The notes under the pieces were generated by a model, which did not search any database, was not told the DNA's origin, and was given only the letters and a program-made list of their open reading frames with translations. Source: an uncultured Elusimicrobia bacterium (GTDB lineage: Bacteria; Elusimicrobiota; Elusimicrobia; 2-01-FULL-59-12). From it: DNA of 64,000 bases. Shown here one piece after another: positions 10,494-20,057 of this stretch; position 1 is the stretch's first letter; each line of letters begins with the position of its first letter. The translations under genes were made by a program, and so were the position numbers. The stretch is taken from assembly GCA_963702895.1 (NCBI GenBank), contig OY969767.1, positions 608,001-672,000 of the forward strand, read 5' to 3'.

Positions 10494-11829
10494 GAAGGAC
10501 TCCTTTTTAGGAACTTGGACAAAGCGCATGGATTGGCCCACGATGGCCGTGGCCGCCGTCTTAGCGACGCTTGGCCTGATCGCGGTGTATTCTGCGGTCA
10601 ATCTTTCAAACGCCTCGACGCGCTTTGTCGTGAAGCAGCTCCTGGCGGTGGGTCTCGGTTTGATCGCGATCTTTGTCCTGAGCAGCCTCAATTACCAGAT
10701 CTTCCGTGCCTATCCTTCTGTCATCTATGGGATCACGGTGTTTCTCCTTCTGGCTGTGCTCGTGGTCGGCAGGCGCATCAATGGGGCCAAGAGTTGGATC
10801 GTCTTCGGGCCTCTTTCCTTCGAGCCTTTGGAGTTGGCGCGCCTAGGATTTATTGTCGTGATTGCGGCTCTCTTGGATTTTCCAGAAAAGGAAATGCGGC
10901 CGATCCGCTGGATGGCAAGCGTCTTTGGACTCGGCGCCTTGCACATGCTTCTGATCTTACGGCAGCCCTACCTGGGGGGGACTCTCGTCTACGGCCCCAT
11001 CATGCTGGGGATGCTCTATTTTGCGGGCGTTCCCCCCATCTACCTTTTGGCTGTGCTCTTTTATGGGAGTGTTGCCGTCGGGCTTCCCCTCATGTCCACC
11101 TTCTTTTCGATGCAGCCGCATCTTCTTGAGCAGCATCCTGTCCTACGCTTTCTTGTGGCAAGCGCCTCCGGGACACGTTCTGGGATCGAGTTGCTTGTCC
11201 TGACCACGGCGATTATTTTTGGGCTGTGGTGGTTTCTCCGTAAGATGCAGGTGCGTTTGCCTTGGCAATATCCCGGACTTCTTTCCATGATCGTGGCTCT
11301 TGGTGTTTACACGGCGCATGCCGTTCTCTTTTTCATCAAAGACTTCCAGCGCAAGCGTCTCGCTGTTTTCTTGAGCCCCGGGTTTGATCCTTTGGGTGCG
11401 GGCTATCAAGTCCTGCAATCCCAGATCGCTATTGGGAGCGGGCGGGTTCTCGGCAAGGGGCTTTTCTCCGGGAGTCAAACGCAGCTGGGCTTCCTCCCCG
11501 AAAAACATACGGACTTTATTTATTCCGTGATCGGCGAGGAAATGGGCTTTGTGTGGTCCGCTGTGGTGTTGATCGCTTTTGGGGTCCTCATCTGGAGAGC
11601 TCTTGTGATTGCGACAGAATCCCAGGACCGTTTTGGGTCGCTGATTGCGGTGGGGATTGCCTGCCTTTTTGGATTCCAAAGTCTGATGAACATCGGGATG
11701 ACCCTGGGGCTTTTGCCCGTGACCGGGGTTGCCCTCCCTTTCGTGTCGTACGGCGGCTCGCATATGCTGGGTGCGATGATCGCCATTGGCCTATTACAGA
11801 GCGTTAATTTTAGGAGGTATATCTACTAA
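10486..11829 (+). CDS. rodA: Rod shape-determining SEDS protein RodA
   Basis: GYQVLQSQIAIGSG, PEKHTDFI, LPFVSYGGS. Confidence 0.95.
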   Translation: MIRKDSFLGTWTKRMDWPTMAVAAVLATLGLIAVYSAVNLSNASTRFVVKQLLAVGLGLIAIFVLSSLNYQIFRAYPSVIYGITVFLLLAVLVVGRRINGAKSWIVFGPLSFEPLELARLGFIVVIAALLDFPEKEMRPIRWMASVFGLGALHMLLILRQPYLGGTLVYGPIMLGMLYFAGVPPIYLLAVLFYGSVAVGLPLMSTFFSMQPHLLEQHPVLRFLVASASGTRSGIELLVLTTAIIFGLWWFLRKMQVRLPWQYPGLLSMIVALGVYTAHAVLFFIKDFQRKRLAVFLSPGFDPLGAGYQVLQSQIAIGSGRVLGKGLFSGSQTQLGFLPEKHTDFIYSVIGEEMGFVWSAVVLIAFGVLIWRALVIATESQDRFGSLIAVGIACLFGFQSLMNIGMTLGLLPVTGVALPFVSYGGSHMLGAMIAIGLLQSVNFRRYIY

Positions 11830-13625
11830 TGGATGATTTAAAAGATCAAGAGAAGCAACCCCTTCTGCTGCCGGAACACGCCAAGGCTGCCGAGGAAATA
11901 CCGGGTGGAGCGCAGGACGAGCCAGACGATATCGAAATTATCGACGATATCGCTACGGAACCAGAGATTGAGCCGCGTGAAGAACAGCCCCAAGAGGAAA
12001 TCGAAGCGCTCCCCTTGCCGCGCGACAGACGTCCGCAAGGGCAGGCTCAAGAGCCTCGGGGTCGCCGTGACCAGCGAGGGGGACGGGACAATCGGGGCCA
12101 TCGTGACCACCGCGGCGGACAGAACAGCCACCACCGGCAGCATTCCTTTATTGAATCCCGTCACCGAGGACCGAACAACCACGCGAAGGATGCCAAGCGG
12201 GAGATCCTGGTCAACTGCTCTCCCGAAGAGACGCGCGTGGCCGTGTTGGAGAACAATCAGCTCATCGAGTTCCTGATCGAGCGCTCGGAATCCGAAAAGA
12301 TCGTTGGGAATATCTATAAAGGAAAAGTCGAAAATGTCCTCCCTGGGATTTCTTCGGCCTTTGTCAATATTGGCCTTGAGAAAAACGCCTATCTTTACGT
12401 CTCGGATGTCATCCCCACGCCGGGGCACCACCCCTCTGCCCAGATCGAGAAGATGATCGCGCGAAACGAAGTGATCATGCTTCAGGTGGCGAAGGAGGCC
12501 ATCGGCACCAAAGGCGTCAAGGTGTCCATGGACATCTCCCTGCCAGGGCGTTTTCTGGTGTATATGCCGCTCGCTGAACATCTTGGGGTCTCCAAAAACA
12601 TTGCGGAGCGTGCCGAGCGAGAGCGCTTGCGCAGCATCATTGAAAGCTGCGCCCCGGAAAAGGGGGGAGTCATCATCCGCACGGAAGCCGAAGGCGCTGA
12701 AGAGGAAGCCCTCCGGCGTGAGATGGCCTACCTCATCCGGTTGTGGGACTCCATTCAAAAGCGCTGTGAGTCTGGGCCGACGCCGTCGCTGGTGCACCGG
12801 GATCTGGGGCTTGTCTTCCAAACGGTCCGCGATGTGTTTACGGAAAATACATCGATCTTTCTTGTGGATTCACGGAGTGAATACCGCGATCTGATGGACT
12901 TCCTCGATAATATCAGCCCGGAACTGAAGAGCCGCGTGAAACTCTACGAGGGACGCACGCCTCTGTTCCAGGCGTTCCATATCGAAAAGCAGATCGAAAA
13001 GTTGCGCTCGGCTCGCGTGGACCTGCCCTCCGGCGGCTATATCATCATCCAAGAAGCCGAAGGTCTCTGCGCGATCGACGTCAACACCGGCAAATTTACC
13101 GGCAAGAAGTCTCAAGAAGAGACCGTCACGGCCACCAATGTCGAAGCGGCGAAGGAAGTGGCCCGCCAGCTCAGGCTTCGCAACATTGGCGGCATCATTG
13201 TGATTGACTTTATCGATATGCGCCATGCGCGTAACCGGCAAAAGGTGACGGAGGTCCTTGCGGACTTCACGCGCGATGATCGCGCCAAGATCAAAATCCT
13301 TCCGATCACCCGGCTCGGGCTTATTGAGATGACACGGGAGCGCAAGCGTGAGTCCTTGTTCGCGCTTTTGGGTGAAGAATGCCCGCAATGCCATGCGTCT
13401 GGCCGCGTTCTCTCCCAGGAATCCATGTACATCCGGCTCAAGCGCGAGATCCTCAACATGACCCATGGCCGTCACGGCAACGAGATTAAGATCTCGCTCC
13501 ACCCCTCGGTGGCGGACTATGTCAATGAGCGAAGGTCGAGGCTCGAAAACGCTATCAAACACAAGCTGATAGTGACGCCCGATCCCAATATTCTCTGGGA
13601 GGAGTACAGGATTCTCATTGAATAA
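11829..13625 (+). CDS. rng: Rne/Rng family ribonuclease with long disordered N-terminus
   Basis: VGNIYKGKV, IDVNTG, QLRLRNIGGIIVIDFIDM, CPQC Zn-link. Confidence 0.93.
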   Translation: MDDLKDQEKQPLLLPEHAKAAEEIPGGAQDEPDDIEIIDDIATEPEIEPREEQPQEEIEALPLPRDRRPQGQAQEPRGRRDQRGGRDNRGHRDHRGGQNSHHRQHSFIESRHRGPNNHAKDAKREILVNCSPEETRVAVLENNQLIEFLIERSESEKIVGNIYKGKVENVLPGISSAFVNIGLEKNAYLYVSDVIPTPGHHPSAQIEKMIARNEVIMLQVAKEAIGTKGVKVSMDISLPGRFLVYMPLAEHLGVSKNIAERAERERLRSIIESCAPEKGGVIIRTEAEGAEEEALRREMAYLIRLWDSIQKRCESGPTPSLVHRDLGLVFQTVRDVFTENTSIFLVDSRSEYRDLMDFLDNISPELKSRVKLYEGRTPLFQAFHIEKQIEKLRSARVDLPSGGYIIIQEAEGLCAIDVNTGKFTGKKSQEETVTATNVEAAKEVARQLRLRNIGGIIVIDFIDMRHARNRQKVTEVLADFTRDDRAKIKILPITRLGLIEMTRERKRESLFALLGEECPQCHASGRVLSQESMYIRLKREILNMTHGRHGNEIKISLHPSVADYVNERRSRLENAIKHKLIVTPDPNILWEEYRILIE

Positions 13626-13665
13626 GGGGCTTTGAAACTGATATTATGGCGGCTCGTTTCCGTCT

Positions 13666-13983
13666 ATGAATACTTACGCGATTATCGAAACCGGCGGCAA
13701 GCAATACCGTGTGGAGCAGGGCACAAGGCTACAGGTCGAGGCCCTTCCCTTTGAAAAAGGGGGAGAGGTGGTCCTGGACCGGGTGCTCTTCTTGTCAACG
13801 GATCAGGGCGTTCAGGTCGGCAAGCCCGTGGTGAGCGGCGCCAAGGTTGTAGCGCAGGTCACAGCCCAGGACAAAGGACCTAAGATTCTTGTGTTCAAGA
13901 AGCGCTCCAAGAAGACCTACAAGAAGACGATGGGCCACCGTCAGCGCTATACAGAACTCGTCGTCAAATCCATTTCCGCTTAA
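13666..13983 (+). CDS. rplU: 50S ribosomal protein L21
   Basis: YAIIETGGKQYRV, GHRQRYT. Confidence 0.97.
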   Translation: MNTYAIIETGGKQYRVEQGTRLQVEALPFEKGGEVVLDRVLFLSTDQGVQVGKPVVSGAKVVAQVTAQDKGPKILVFKKRSKKTYKKTMGHRQRYTELVVKSISA

Positions 13984-13998
13984 CAAAAGGAAGTTCTC

Positions 13999-14253
13999 AT
14001 GGCATCGACAAAATCACAAGGCAGTTCCAGTAATGGTCGCGATTCCGCCGGCCAGCGCTTAGGCGTCAAAGCCTATGGCGGCCAAAAGGTCACGGCGGGC
14101 TCCATCATCATCCGTCAGCGCGGCACCCGCTGTTTCCCGGGCTTAAACGTCAAGATGGGTTCCGACAATACGCTCTTTTCCCGCATCGACGGTATCGTCA
14201 CGTTTGAATGGCGCTCCAAAGACCGCAAGCAGGTGTCGGTCTATCCCTCCTGA
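13999..14253 (+). CDS. rpmA: 50S ribosomal protein L27
   Basis: [21 protein letters not shown]. Confidence 0.97.
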   Translation: MASTKSQGSSSNGRDSAGQRLGVKAYGGQKVTAGSIIIRQRGTRCFPGLNVKMGSDNTLFSRIDGIVTFEWRSKDRKQVSVYPS

Positions 14254-14254
14254 T

Positions 14255-14310
14255 GTCATTCCCGCGAAAGCGGGAATCCATGGATCCCCGCTTACGGCCG
14301 CGGGGATGAC
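14255..14310. repeat. REP-like double-hairpin palindrome, copy 3
   Basis: GTCATTCCCGCGAAAGCGGGAATCCA TGGATCCCCGCTTACGGCCGCGGGGATGAC. Confidence 0.88.
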
Positions 14311-14320
14311 AGAATAAAAA

Positions 14321-15664
14321 ATGCTCTCCGAATCTCGAGAACGATCTCTCTTTGTCGACCACACCCGCATTGTGGTGCGTGGCGGGAAGGGCGGCAACGG
14401 TTGCCTGTCTTTCCGGCGGGAAAAGTTTGTCCCCTTTGGCGGTCCGGACGGCGGCAACGGCGGCCGCGGGGGGGATGTGATCCTTGTCTCTGACCCTCAG
14501 AAGAAATCACTCCTGGACCTCACCTATCAACCGCATTACCACGCCTCGGAAGGGGACCCCGGGTCAGGTTCGAATAAAGTGGGTAAAAGCGCAGAAGATC
14601 TTCTTGTCTACGTTCCTGCGGGGACGCTGGTCATGCGTGATGGAAAAGTCTTGGCCGACCTGCGCGAACCGGCTGTGCGCTATGTGGCGGCCAAAGGGGG
14701 GCGCGGGGGTCGGGGCAACGCTTCTTTCAAGACCCAACGCAATACAGCCCCCCATCTTTCGGAAAAAGGCGAACCGGGCGAGGAGTTCACCCTGGAACTG
14801 GAGCTTAAGCTTCTGGCGGATGTGGGCCTCATCGGATGCCCGAACGCGGGAAAGTCCACGCTCTTGTCGCGCCTGACCAGCGCACGGCCCAAGATCGCGG
14901 ATTACCCCTTCACGACTTTAAACCCCAATCTCGGAGTGGCCGGGTGGCATGGTGTCCAACTGGTGCTGGCGGACATCCCCGGCCTGATTGAAGGGGCCCA
15001 CGCCGGCCGGGGACTGGGCCATGACTTCTTGCGTCATATTGAGCGCACGCGTGTCTTGTTTCATGTTGTGGACATGTCCGGTTTTGACGGGAAAGACCCC
15101 TACGAGTTGATTCAAATGATCCAAGCAGAGCTCAAGGCCTATTCGCCGAAACTCTTAAAAAAACCTACGATCTTGGTCGCTAATAAAATGGATGTCACAG
15201 GCGCCCGGGAAGCGCTTGCGGCCTTGAAAAAAAAGTTGAAGAAAACGAAAATCTATCCGATCTCGGCGGCCACCGGTGAGGGGCTGGATCCACTGCTGGC
15301 GTTTGCTGCCAGAGAGCTCGCCAAACCTATCGCGATGGAGGAAGCGGCGGAAGAAGAACCGTTTCGCTTTGTCATGGAGCTTGATTTTGAGGTGGAGCGG
15401 GAGGCGTCGGAAGGGAGACCCCTCTTCCGCGTGAAAGGGACCAAAGTCGAGAGGCTCGCCGCGATGACGAATTTTGGCCAAGACGAAGGCGCCCGGCGCT
15501 TTATGAACATTTTGAAGAAGATGGGTGTCGAGAAAGAGCTCGAACGCCAAGGGGTGGAACCCGGGGATACGGTCAAAGTCGGCCACATCGAGTTTTTCTA
15601 CGAATGGGATGATGAAGGGAAGAAACCTTATGCTAAGAAAAGGTATCGGCCGAGTCGTCGTTAA
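14321..15664 (+). CDS. obgE: GTPase ObgE/CgtA
   Basis: GGPDGGNGGRGG, PNAGKST, YPFTT, DIPG, NKMD. Confidence 0.97.
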   Translation: MLSESRERSLFVDHTRIVVRGGKGGNGCLSFRREKFVPFGGPDGGNGGRGGDVILVSDPQKKSLLDLTYQPHYHASEGDPGSGSNKVGKSAEDLLVYVPAGTLVMRDGKVLADLREPAVRYVAAKGGRGGRGNASFKTQRNTAPHLSEKGEPGEEFTLELELKLLADVGLIGCPNAGKSTLLSRLTSARPKIADYPFTTLNPNLGVAGWHGVQLVLADIPGLIEGAHAGRGLGHDFLRHIERTRVLFHVVDMSGFDGKDPYELIQMIQAELKAYSPKLLKKPTILVANKMDVTGAREALAALKKKLKKTKIYPISAATGEGLDPLLAFAARELAKPIAMEEAAEEEPFRFVMELDFEVEREASEGRPLFRVKGTKVERLAAMTNFGQDEGARRFMNILKKMGVEKELERQGVEPGDTVKVGHIEFFYEWDDEGKKPYAKKRYRPSRR

Positions 15665-16412
15665 GATCGGGACAAGTCTTCTCACGAAGGACGGCGGCCA
15701 TTTGCATCTGGCCCGGATGGCGCGTTTTGCCAAAGAGCTCTCGGCCCTGCGCAAAAGCGGCACGGAAGTCTTGCTGGTGAGCTCCGGCGCCATCGCGGCG
15801 GGCCTCGGCGAGCTGGGATGGAAGAAGCGCCCTTCCGAGCTCGCCAAAAAGCAGGCGGCGGCCGCTATCGGCCAGCCCAAGCTCATGGAGACCTACCGGC
15901 GGCTCTTTCGCGCGCGCGGCGTCAAAGTCGCCCAAGTGCTCCTGACGCGGGAGGATTTTGAGAATTCCATGCGCCGCCAGAACGCGCGCGCGACGCTCGA
16001 AACCCTCATCGCCTCGGGCATCATTCCGATCATCAACGAGAACGACACCGTGGCGGTCGAAGAAATCCGTGTGGGGGACAACGATACCCTGGCCGCCTAC
16101 GTCGCCGTCAAGGTCCAAGCGGATCTCCTGGTGCTCCTGACGGACGTCGAGGGTCTTTTAACCCGGCACCCGAAGCAGGGAGAGGGCCAGCTCATTCAGG
16201 AAGTCGCGCGGATGACGCCTGCGATCGAGTCGCTTGCCCACCACGCCCCGGGCTCGGAGGGCGGAACGGGCGGCATGATGACCAAAATCCGCGCTGCGAA
16301 GTACGCCACCATCCATGGCGTTGCCATGATCATCGCCTCCGGCCTCAAGGCCGGGGTCCTCGCGCGCCTCGTCCAAGGCGAACCGAGCGGAACCTATTTT
16401 CACGCCAAGTAA
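15630..16412 (+). CDS. proB: Glutamate 5-kinase (no PUA domain)
   Basis: VVKIGTS, VSSGAIAAG, INENDTV, GDNDTLA, GTGGMMTK. Confidence 0.95.
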   Translation: MLRKGIGRVVVKIGTSLLTKDGGHLHLARMARFAKELSALRKSGTEVLLVSSGAIAAGLGELGWKKRPSELAKKQAAAAIGQPKLMETYRRLFRARGVKVAQVLLTREDFENSMRRQNARATLETLIASGIIPIINENDTVAVEEIRVGDNDTLAAYVAVKVQADLLVLLTDVEGLLTRHPKQGEGQLIQEVARMTPAIESLAHHAPGSEGGTGGMMTKIRAAKYATIHGVAMIIASGLKAGVLARLVQGEPSGTYFHAK

Positions 16413-16643
16413 ACTCAAGCCGGAGACAGACAAACACTCAAAGCAGAGAAACGAAAGCAAAACAGGGAAAGCGCAACGCTGAGATTTCGGCGTTGCTCTT
16501 GGGCTTTCGTCGGTCTGCTTTGATATTTCGGTTCTGGTATGTATTCACCGAAACCCGTCCGGTTCCCCGCGCCTGCCCGCCGAAGCTTGAGCGGAGGCGG
16601 GTCTCCTCCGTCCGCCTATTCCGTCGTCTTCTGTAACCACCTC

Positions 16644-16690
16644 CCGTCTCAAAAATGAATATTTTCCTGGTTTCTGTATCTAAGAGATGT
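16644..16690 (+). promoter_or_regulatory. Cassette-head motif copy 1 (CCGTCT-N6-TGAATA-N15-TATCTA)
   Basis: Identical spacing in six copies; function inferred. Confidence 0.7.
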
Positions 16691-16852
16691 GGACACTCAT
16701 TGGATCAGAAATATGTCGGTGGTCATAAGGCCCAGAGAACAGCTGGCGAAGCCGGGGGAAGAGGAGCTGGTACGGCGTGCGGGACAGTACCGCGACCCGC
16801 GCATGCCAACGATCCCATCGATGGCAGACGCCGCCGCCCAAGAGGGTCATTT

Positions 16853-17941
16853 ATGAAGATCAATTTCAACGTGCTGGTGAACCATATTTCGCGCGTGCAC
16901 CGGCATTTTCAGGTGCAGGCGGCTCAAGCGGTCAACGTTGGGCTGACACTTCGAAACTGGCTGATTGGCTGTTATGTTCGGGAATACGAGCTCAGGGGAA
17001 GCGATCGGGCCGCGTATGGTGAACGTTTATTGGCCAAACTGGCGCATCAACTCTCTCAGAGCGGAGTCCCGCGATCTGAGGAGCGTGAACTCCGCCGATA
17101 CCGTCAGTTCTTTCTGGCCTATCCGCAGATTCGGGAGTCGCTGCCGCCCGAAGCCGTCGCCAGGCTGGCCGGTGGAGCCAGGCCGGCGGCCATTCGGGAG
17201 ACAGTGTCTCCCGAATCTCATCTTCCAGGAAAGGCCATGCTTGAAAGATTCTCGTTTTCCCATTTCGTCGAATTGCTTCAGCTCGAAGAGCCTCTTCAGC
17301 GCGCTTTTTACGAAGTCGAAGCGTATCGCGCACATTGGTCTGTTCGGGAGCTCAGACGTCAAATCGCCAGTCTGTATTACGAACGCTCACGACTCTCACA
17401 AGACAAGAAAAAGCTGGCCCGGCTTGCCCATGCCGGGGCCGAGCGGCCTGACCCCGCCCTGGCCATCCGTGATCCCTATATCTTTGACTTTCTCGGATTG
17501 AAGGCCAAAGAGGCGCTGACGGAAACCGCTCTTGAGGACTCGCTCCTGGGCCGCTTGCAGGACTTTTTGCTGGAGCTGGGCAGAGGTTTTTGCTTCGAAG
17601 CACGGCAGAAGCGGATCGTCATCGGCGGCGACTCTTTCTTCGTCGACCTGGTCTTCTATCACCGGATCCTGAAATGCCACATTCTGCTCGAACTCAAAGT
17701 CGATGACTTTCGACACGAGCATCTGGGGCAGCTCAATACCTACGTGAATTGGTTTCGCCTTCATGAAAAAGCGCCCGGCGACAATCCGCCTCTCGGCATC
17801 CTGCTTTGTACGAAGAAAAACGAGGCCTTGGTGGAATATGCCTTGGCCGGAATGGACAACCGGCTCTTTGTCTCCAAATATCAGCTCCAACTCCCCAGAA
17901 AAGCGGACATCCAGAACTTCCTCAAAGAGCAGATCAAGTAG
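16853..17941 (+). CDS. YhcG/DUF1016 PD-(D/E)XK nuclease family protein
   Basis: AVN..LTLRNWLIG, WSVRELRRQI, RDPYIFDFL, FLLELGRGFCF, DLVFYHRIL, ELK, DNPPLGILLC. Confidence 0.92.
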   Translation: MKINFNVLVNHISRVHRHFQVQAAQAVNVGLTLRNWLIGCYVREYELRGSDRAAYGERLLAKLAHQLSQSGVPRSEERELRRYRQFFLAYPQIRESLPPEAVARLAGGARPAAIRETVSPESHLPGKAMLERFSFSHFVELLQLEEPLQRAFYEVEAYRAHWSVRELRRQIASLYYERSRLSQDKKKLARLAHAGAERPDPALAIRDPYIFDFLGLKAKEALTETALEDSLLGRLQDFLLELGRGFCFEARQKRIVIGGDSFFVDLVFYHRILKCHILLELKVDDFRHEHLGQLNTYVNWFRLHEKAPGDNPPLGILLCTKKNEALVEYALAGMDNRLFVSKYQLQLPRKADIQNFLKEQIK

Positions 17942-17946
17942 AAGCC

Positions 17947-18241
17947 GATCACCAGCCTGTCCGCCGTCTCCGCCCCGACTGGAAGAAGTAACGGAGTAAC
18001 GGAGTAACGGAGTATCGGAGTAACTTCAGGATCGCAGTAAGGGCCGTGACTCCGATACGCCGATACTCCGGTACACCGTTACGCCTTCAGGCTGTGACTC
18101 CGATACCCCGGTACTCCGTTACGCCGGTTCCCCGTTTCGCCCCGTCTCCCCGTCTCCGCGTCCCCGCGTCTGTCGTCTCCGCCGTCCGTTAATTCCGCCA
18201 CCCGTCTATTCCGCCGCCCGTCTATTCCGCCGTCTCCGTCT
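17947..18241. repeat. Degenerate 8-bp tandem repeat block (GTAACGGA, CTCCGATA, CCCCGCGT, CCGTCTAT units)
   Basis: Direct reading; inverted near-copy at 41560-41891. Confidence 0.9.
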
Positions 18242-18282
18242 GAAGAATGAATATTCCCCGGGTTTCTGTATCTAAGAGATGT
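18236..18282 (+). promoter_or_regulatory. Cassette-head motif copy 2
   Basis: CCGTCT gaagaa TGAATA N15 TATCTA agagat. Confidence 0.7.
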
Positions 18283-18313
18283 AGGCATTTTTACATCTTG
18301 GAGGATGCAGGCC

Positions 18314-18784
18314 ATGAAAGAACCAAAGACGCTCAGGCTGTCTTTGGATACCACGATTCCGAACTTTGTCTACGCATTGGACTCACCGGAACGAATGATG
18401 ATCACGAGACGTTTTATGCTGCTGAGGCGATCTCAAGCGTATGAAATGGTGATATCGGCCATCGTGATTGATGAATTGATGCGGGCGCCGGAGTCCAAGA
18501 GGGAGCTCTTGTTAGCGCAAGTCGACGGCCTGGAGCTGCTTCAGATCACGCCGGAAGCGGAGCATCTGGCGCGTCTCTATATCAGAAACAAGATCTTACC
18601 GGCGCGCTCCCTGGATGACGCGCGACACGTTGCCGTGGCGACCCTTCACCGAGTGGATGCGCTCGTGAGCTGGAATTTCGGGCATCTGGTCAATGTCCGA
18701 CGGACGATGGCCATCCATGAGCTCCATGCGCTGATGGGACTTCATATAATTAATATCGTGACGCCAGAGGAGGTTCTGGGATGA
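18314..18784 (+). CDS. PIN-domain (VapC-like) protein
   Basis: LDTTI, VIDEL, DARHVAVA, LVSWNFGHL, IVTPEEV. Confidence 0.9.
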   Translation: MKEPKTLRLSLDTTIPNFVYALDSPERMMITRRFMLLRRSQAYEMVISAIVIDELMRAPESKRELLLAQVDGLELLQITPEAEHLARLYIRNKILPARSLDDARHVAVATLHRVDALVSWNFGHLVNVRRTMAIHELHALMGLHIINIVTPEEVLG

Positions 18785-18930
18785 CAAAGATCGATAAATC
18801 ACTTCGCGAAGTCAGGCGTTGGAAGGCCAAAGTCTCGGCGAAAACAAGAAAAATGAAACCCGCCGAGGTCGTCGCGTATTTCCGTTCCGTCACAGCGCAC
18901 TATCGCCACCGCAAAAAAAGCGTAGCCTAG
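18781..18930 (+). CDS. 49-aa small protein overlapping PIN stop, probable antitoxin partner
   Basis: ATGA overlap; MTKIDKSLREVRRWKAKVSAKTRKMKPAEVVAYF... Confidence 0.6.
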   Translation: MTKIDKSLREVRRWKAKVSAKTRKMKPAEVVAYFRSVTAHYRHRKKSVA

Positions 18931-18949
18931 CGATATCAAGTCATCAAGG

Positions 18950-19090
18950 CCGTGACTCCGATACCCCGGCACTCCGATACTCCGATACGCGCGTCTCCCC
19001 GTCACCGCCCCGCCGCCGTCTCCGCCCCTCGCTGTCTCCGCCGTACATTCGTTCCGCCGTCCGTCTATTCCGCCGTCCATTCGTTCCGCG
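18950..19090. repeat. Degenerate 8-bp tandem repeat block
   Basis: GTGACTCCGATACCCCGGCACTCCGATACTCCGATAC...CCGTCTATTCCG. Confidence 0.85.
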
Positions 19091-19289
19091 GTGATCCGGT
19101 GCCTGGCACAGGGCTCCAATCTCACCCACCGATCAAACTCGTCATAGGATGACGGGCGGCGCGGGGGGATAGACCCTCTGCCTCCGATTTCGGGCCTCAC
19201 CGCCTCAAAAAGGCGCGCTCTGTTTTGAGTTTACGTCGTTTTAACACTGCCGTCACAGAAACGCAACGCAAGCCTGTCATACTGGGGTC

Positions 19290-19394
19290 ATGAAAACATG
19301 GTTTGCCAAACAGAGCTATTTAACGCCGCGTGATATTGCGATTCGCTTTTTCATCGGCTTCGCGATAGGCATGCTGTACCTTTCGCTGAAATAA
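19290..19394 (+). CDS. 34-aa putative single-TM peptide
   Basis: MKTWFAKQSYLTPRDIAIRFFIGFAIGMLYLSLK; CATACT 6 nt upstream of ATG. Confidence 0.35.
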   Translation: MKTWFAKQSYLTPRDIAIRFFIGFAIGMLYLSLK

Positions 19395-19477
19395 CCGCCC
19401 GCCTCTTCCGCCATCCTCGCGTGGGCCGGACAGGCCACGCGAGGACCTACTGCCGGCCGAACCGATCCGTAAGGATG

Positions 19478-19589
19478 CGGCGCCTGTCACAAAGCTCAAA
19501 TCGATTGCCTTATTTCCCGGTATGACCATTCCCTTTGGGCCCAGCCTGGCACGACAGACGCGCTATCTTCTCGCTCGGTGACAGGCACT
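19478..19589 (+). repeat. ~112-bp cassette-head repeat, copy a
   Basis: CGGCGCCTG(G/T)CAC..TCGATTGC..CCCTTTGGGCCCAGCCTGGCACG..CAGGCRCT; four copies. Confidence 0.9.
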
Positions 19590-19643
19590 GTATGTCCACT
19601 TCCGGTTCACTTTTCGGCGTATAATTATCATCGCGTCTTGAAA

Positions 19644-20030
19644 ATGATGACCCCTCTGCAAATCGTTGAATGCGCCGGACTTGCTATCCTGGGCGTCTTC
19701 GGGCATGAACTCCTTCTACGACGAAAAGCAAAAGAAGAACAAGGTCTAACCCCTGTCTTTGATTATCGGCTTGAGCCTGGGAGGTTGAATGGTCGCGTTA
19801 CTTTTTACGAATCACTTGTTGTTCGTTCCAACTTTCTGCAGCAGGTGTTTTCCTACGAGAAGATTAAATCGGTGAAGTGTCGTGGTACATTCATTCATGA
19901 GATCGTGATTCAATATGTTGATGGTCAACATGGACTCATCTCTTCCATGTCGATTATCGAAAACAATTCCAAACAGCGTGAGCAGCTGCTCGTTTTCCTC
20001 AGGCAAAAATGCCCCGCAGCGTCAGTTTAA
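19644..20030 (+). CDS. Hypothetical protein, N-terminal TM plus beta-rich domain (copy 1)
   Basis: ORF with upstream TATAAT; near-identical copy at 25470-25856. Confidence 0.7.
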   Translation: MMTPLQIVECAGLAILGVFGHELLLRRKAKEEQGLTPVFDYRLEPGRLNGRVTFYESLVVRSNFLQQVFSYEKIKSVKCRGTFIHEIVIQYVDGQHGLISSMSIIENNSKQREQLLVFLRQKCPAASV

Positions 20031-20057
20031 CCCGATAAGACCCGAAAAGGGTCAGTG

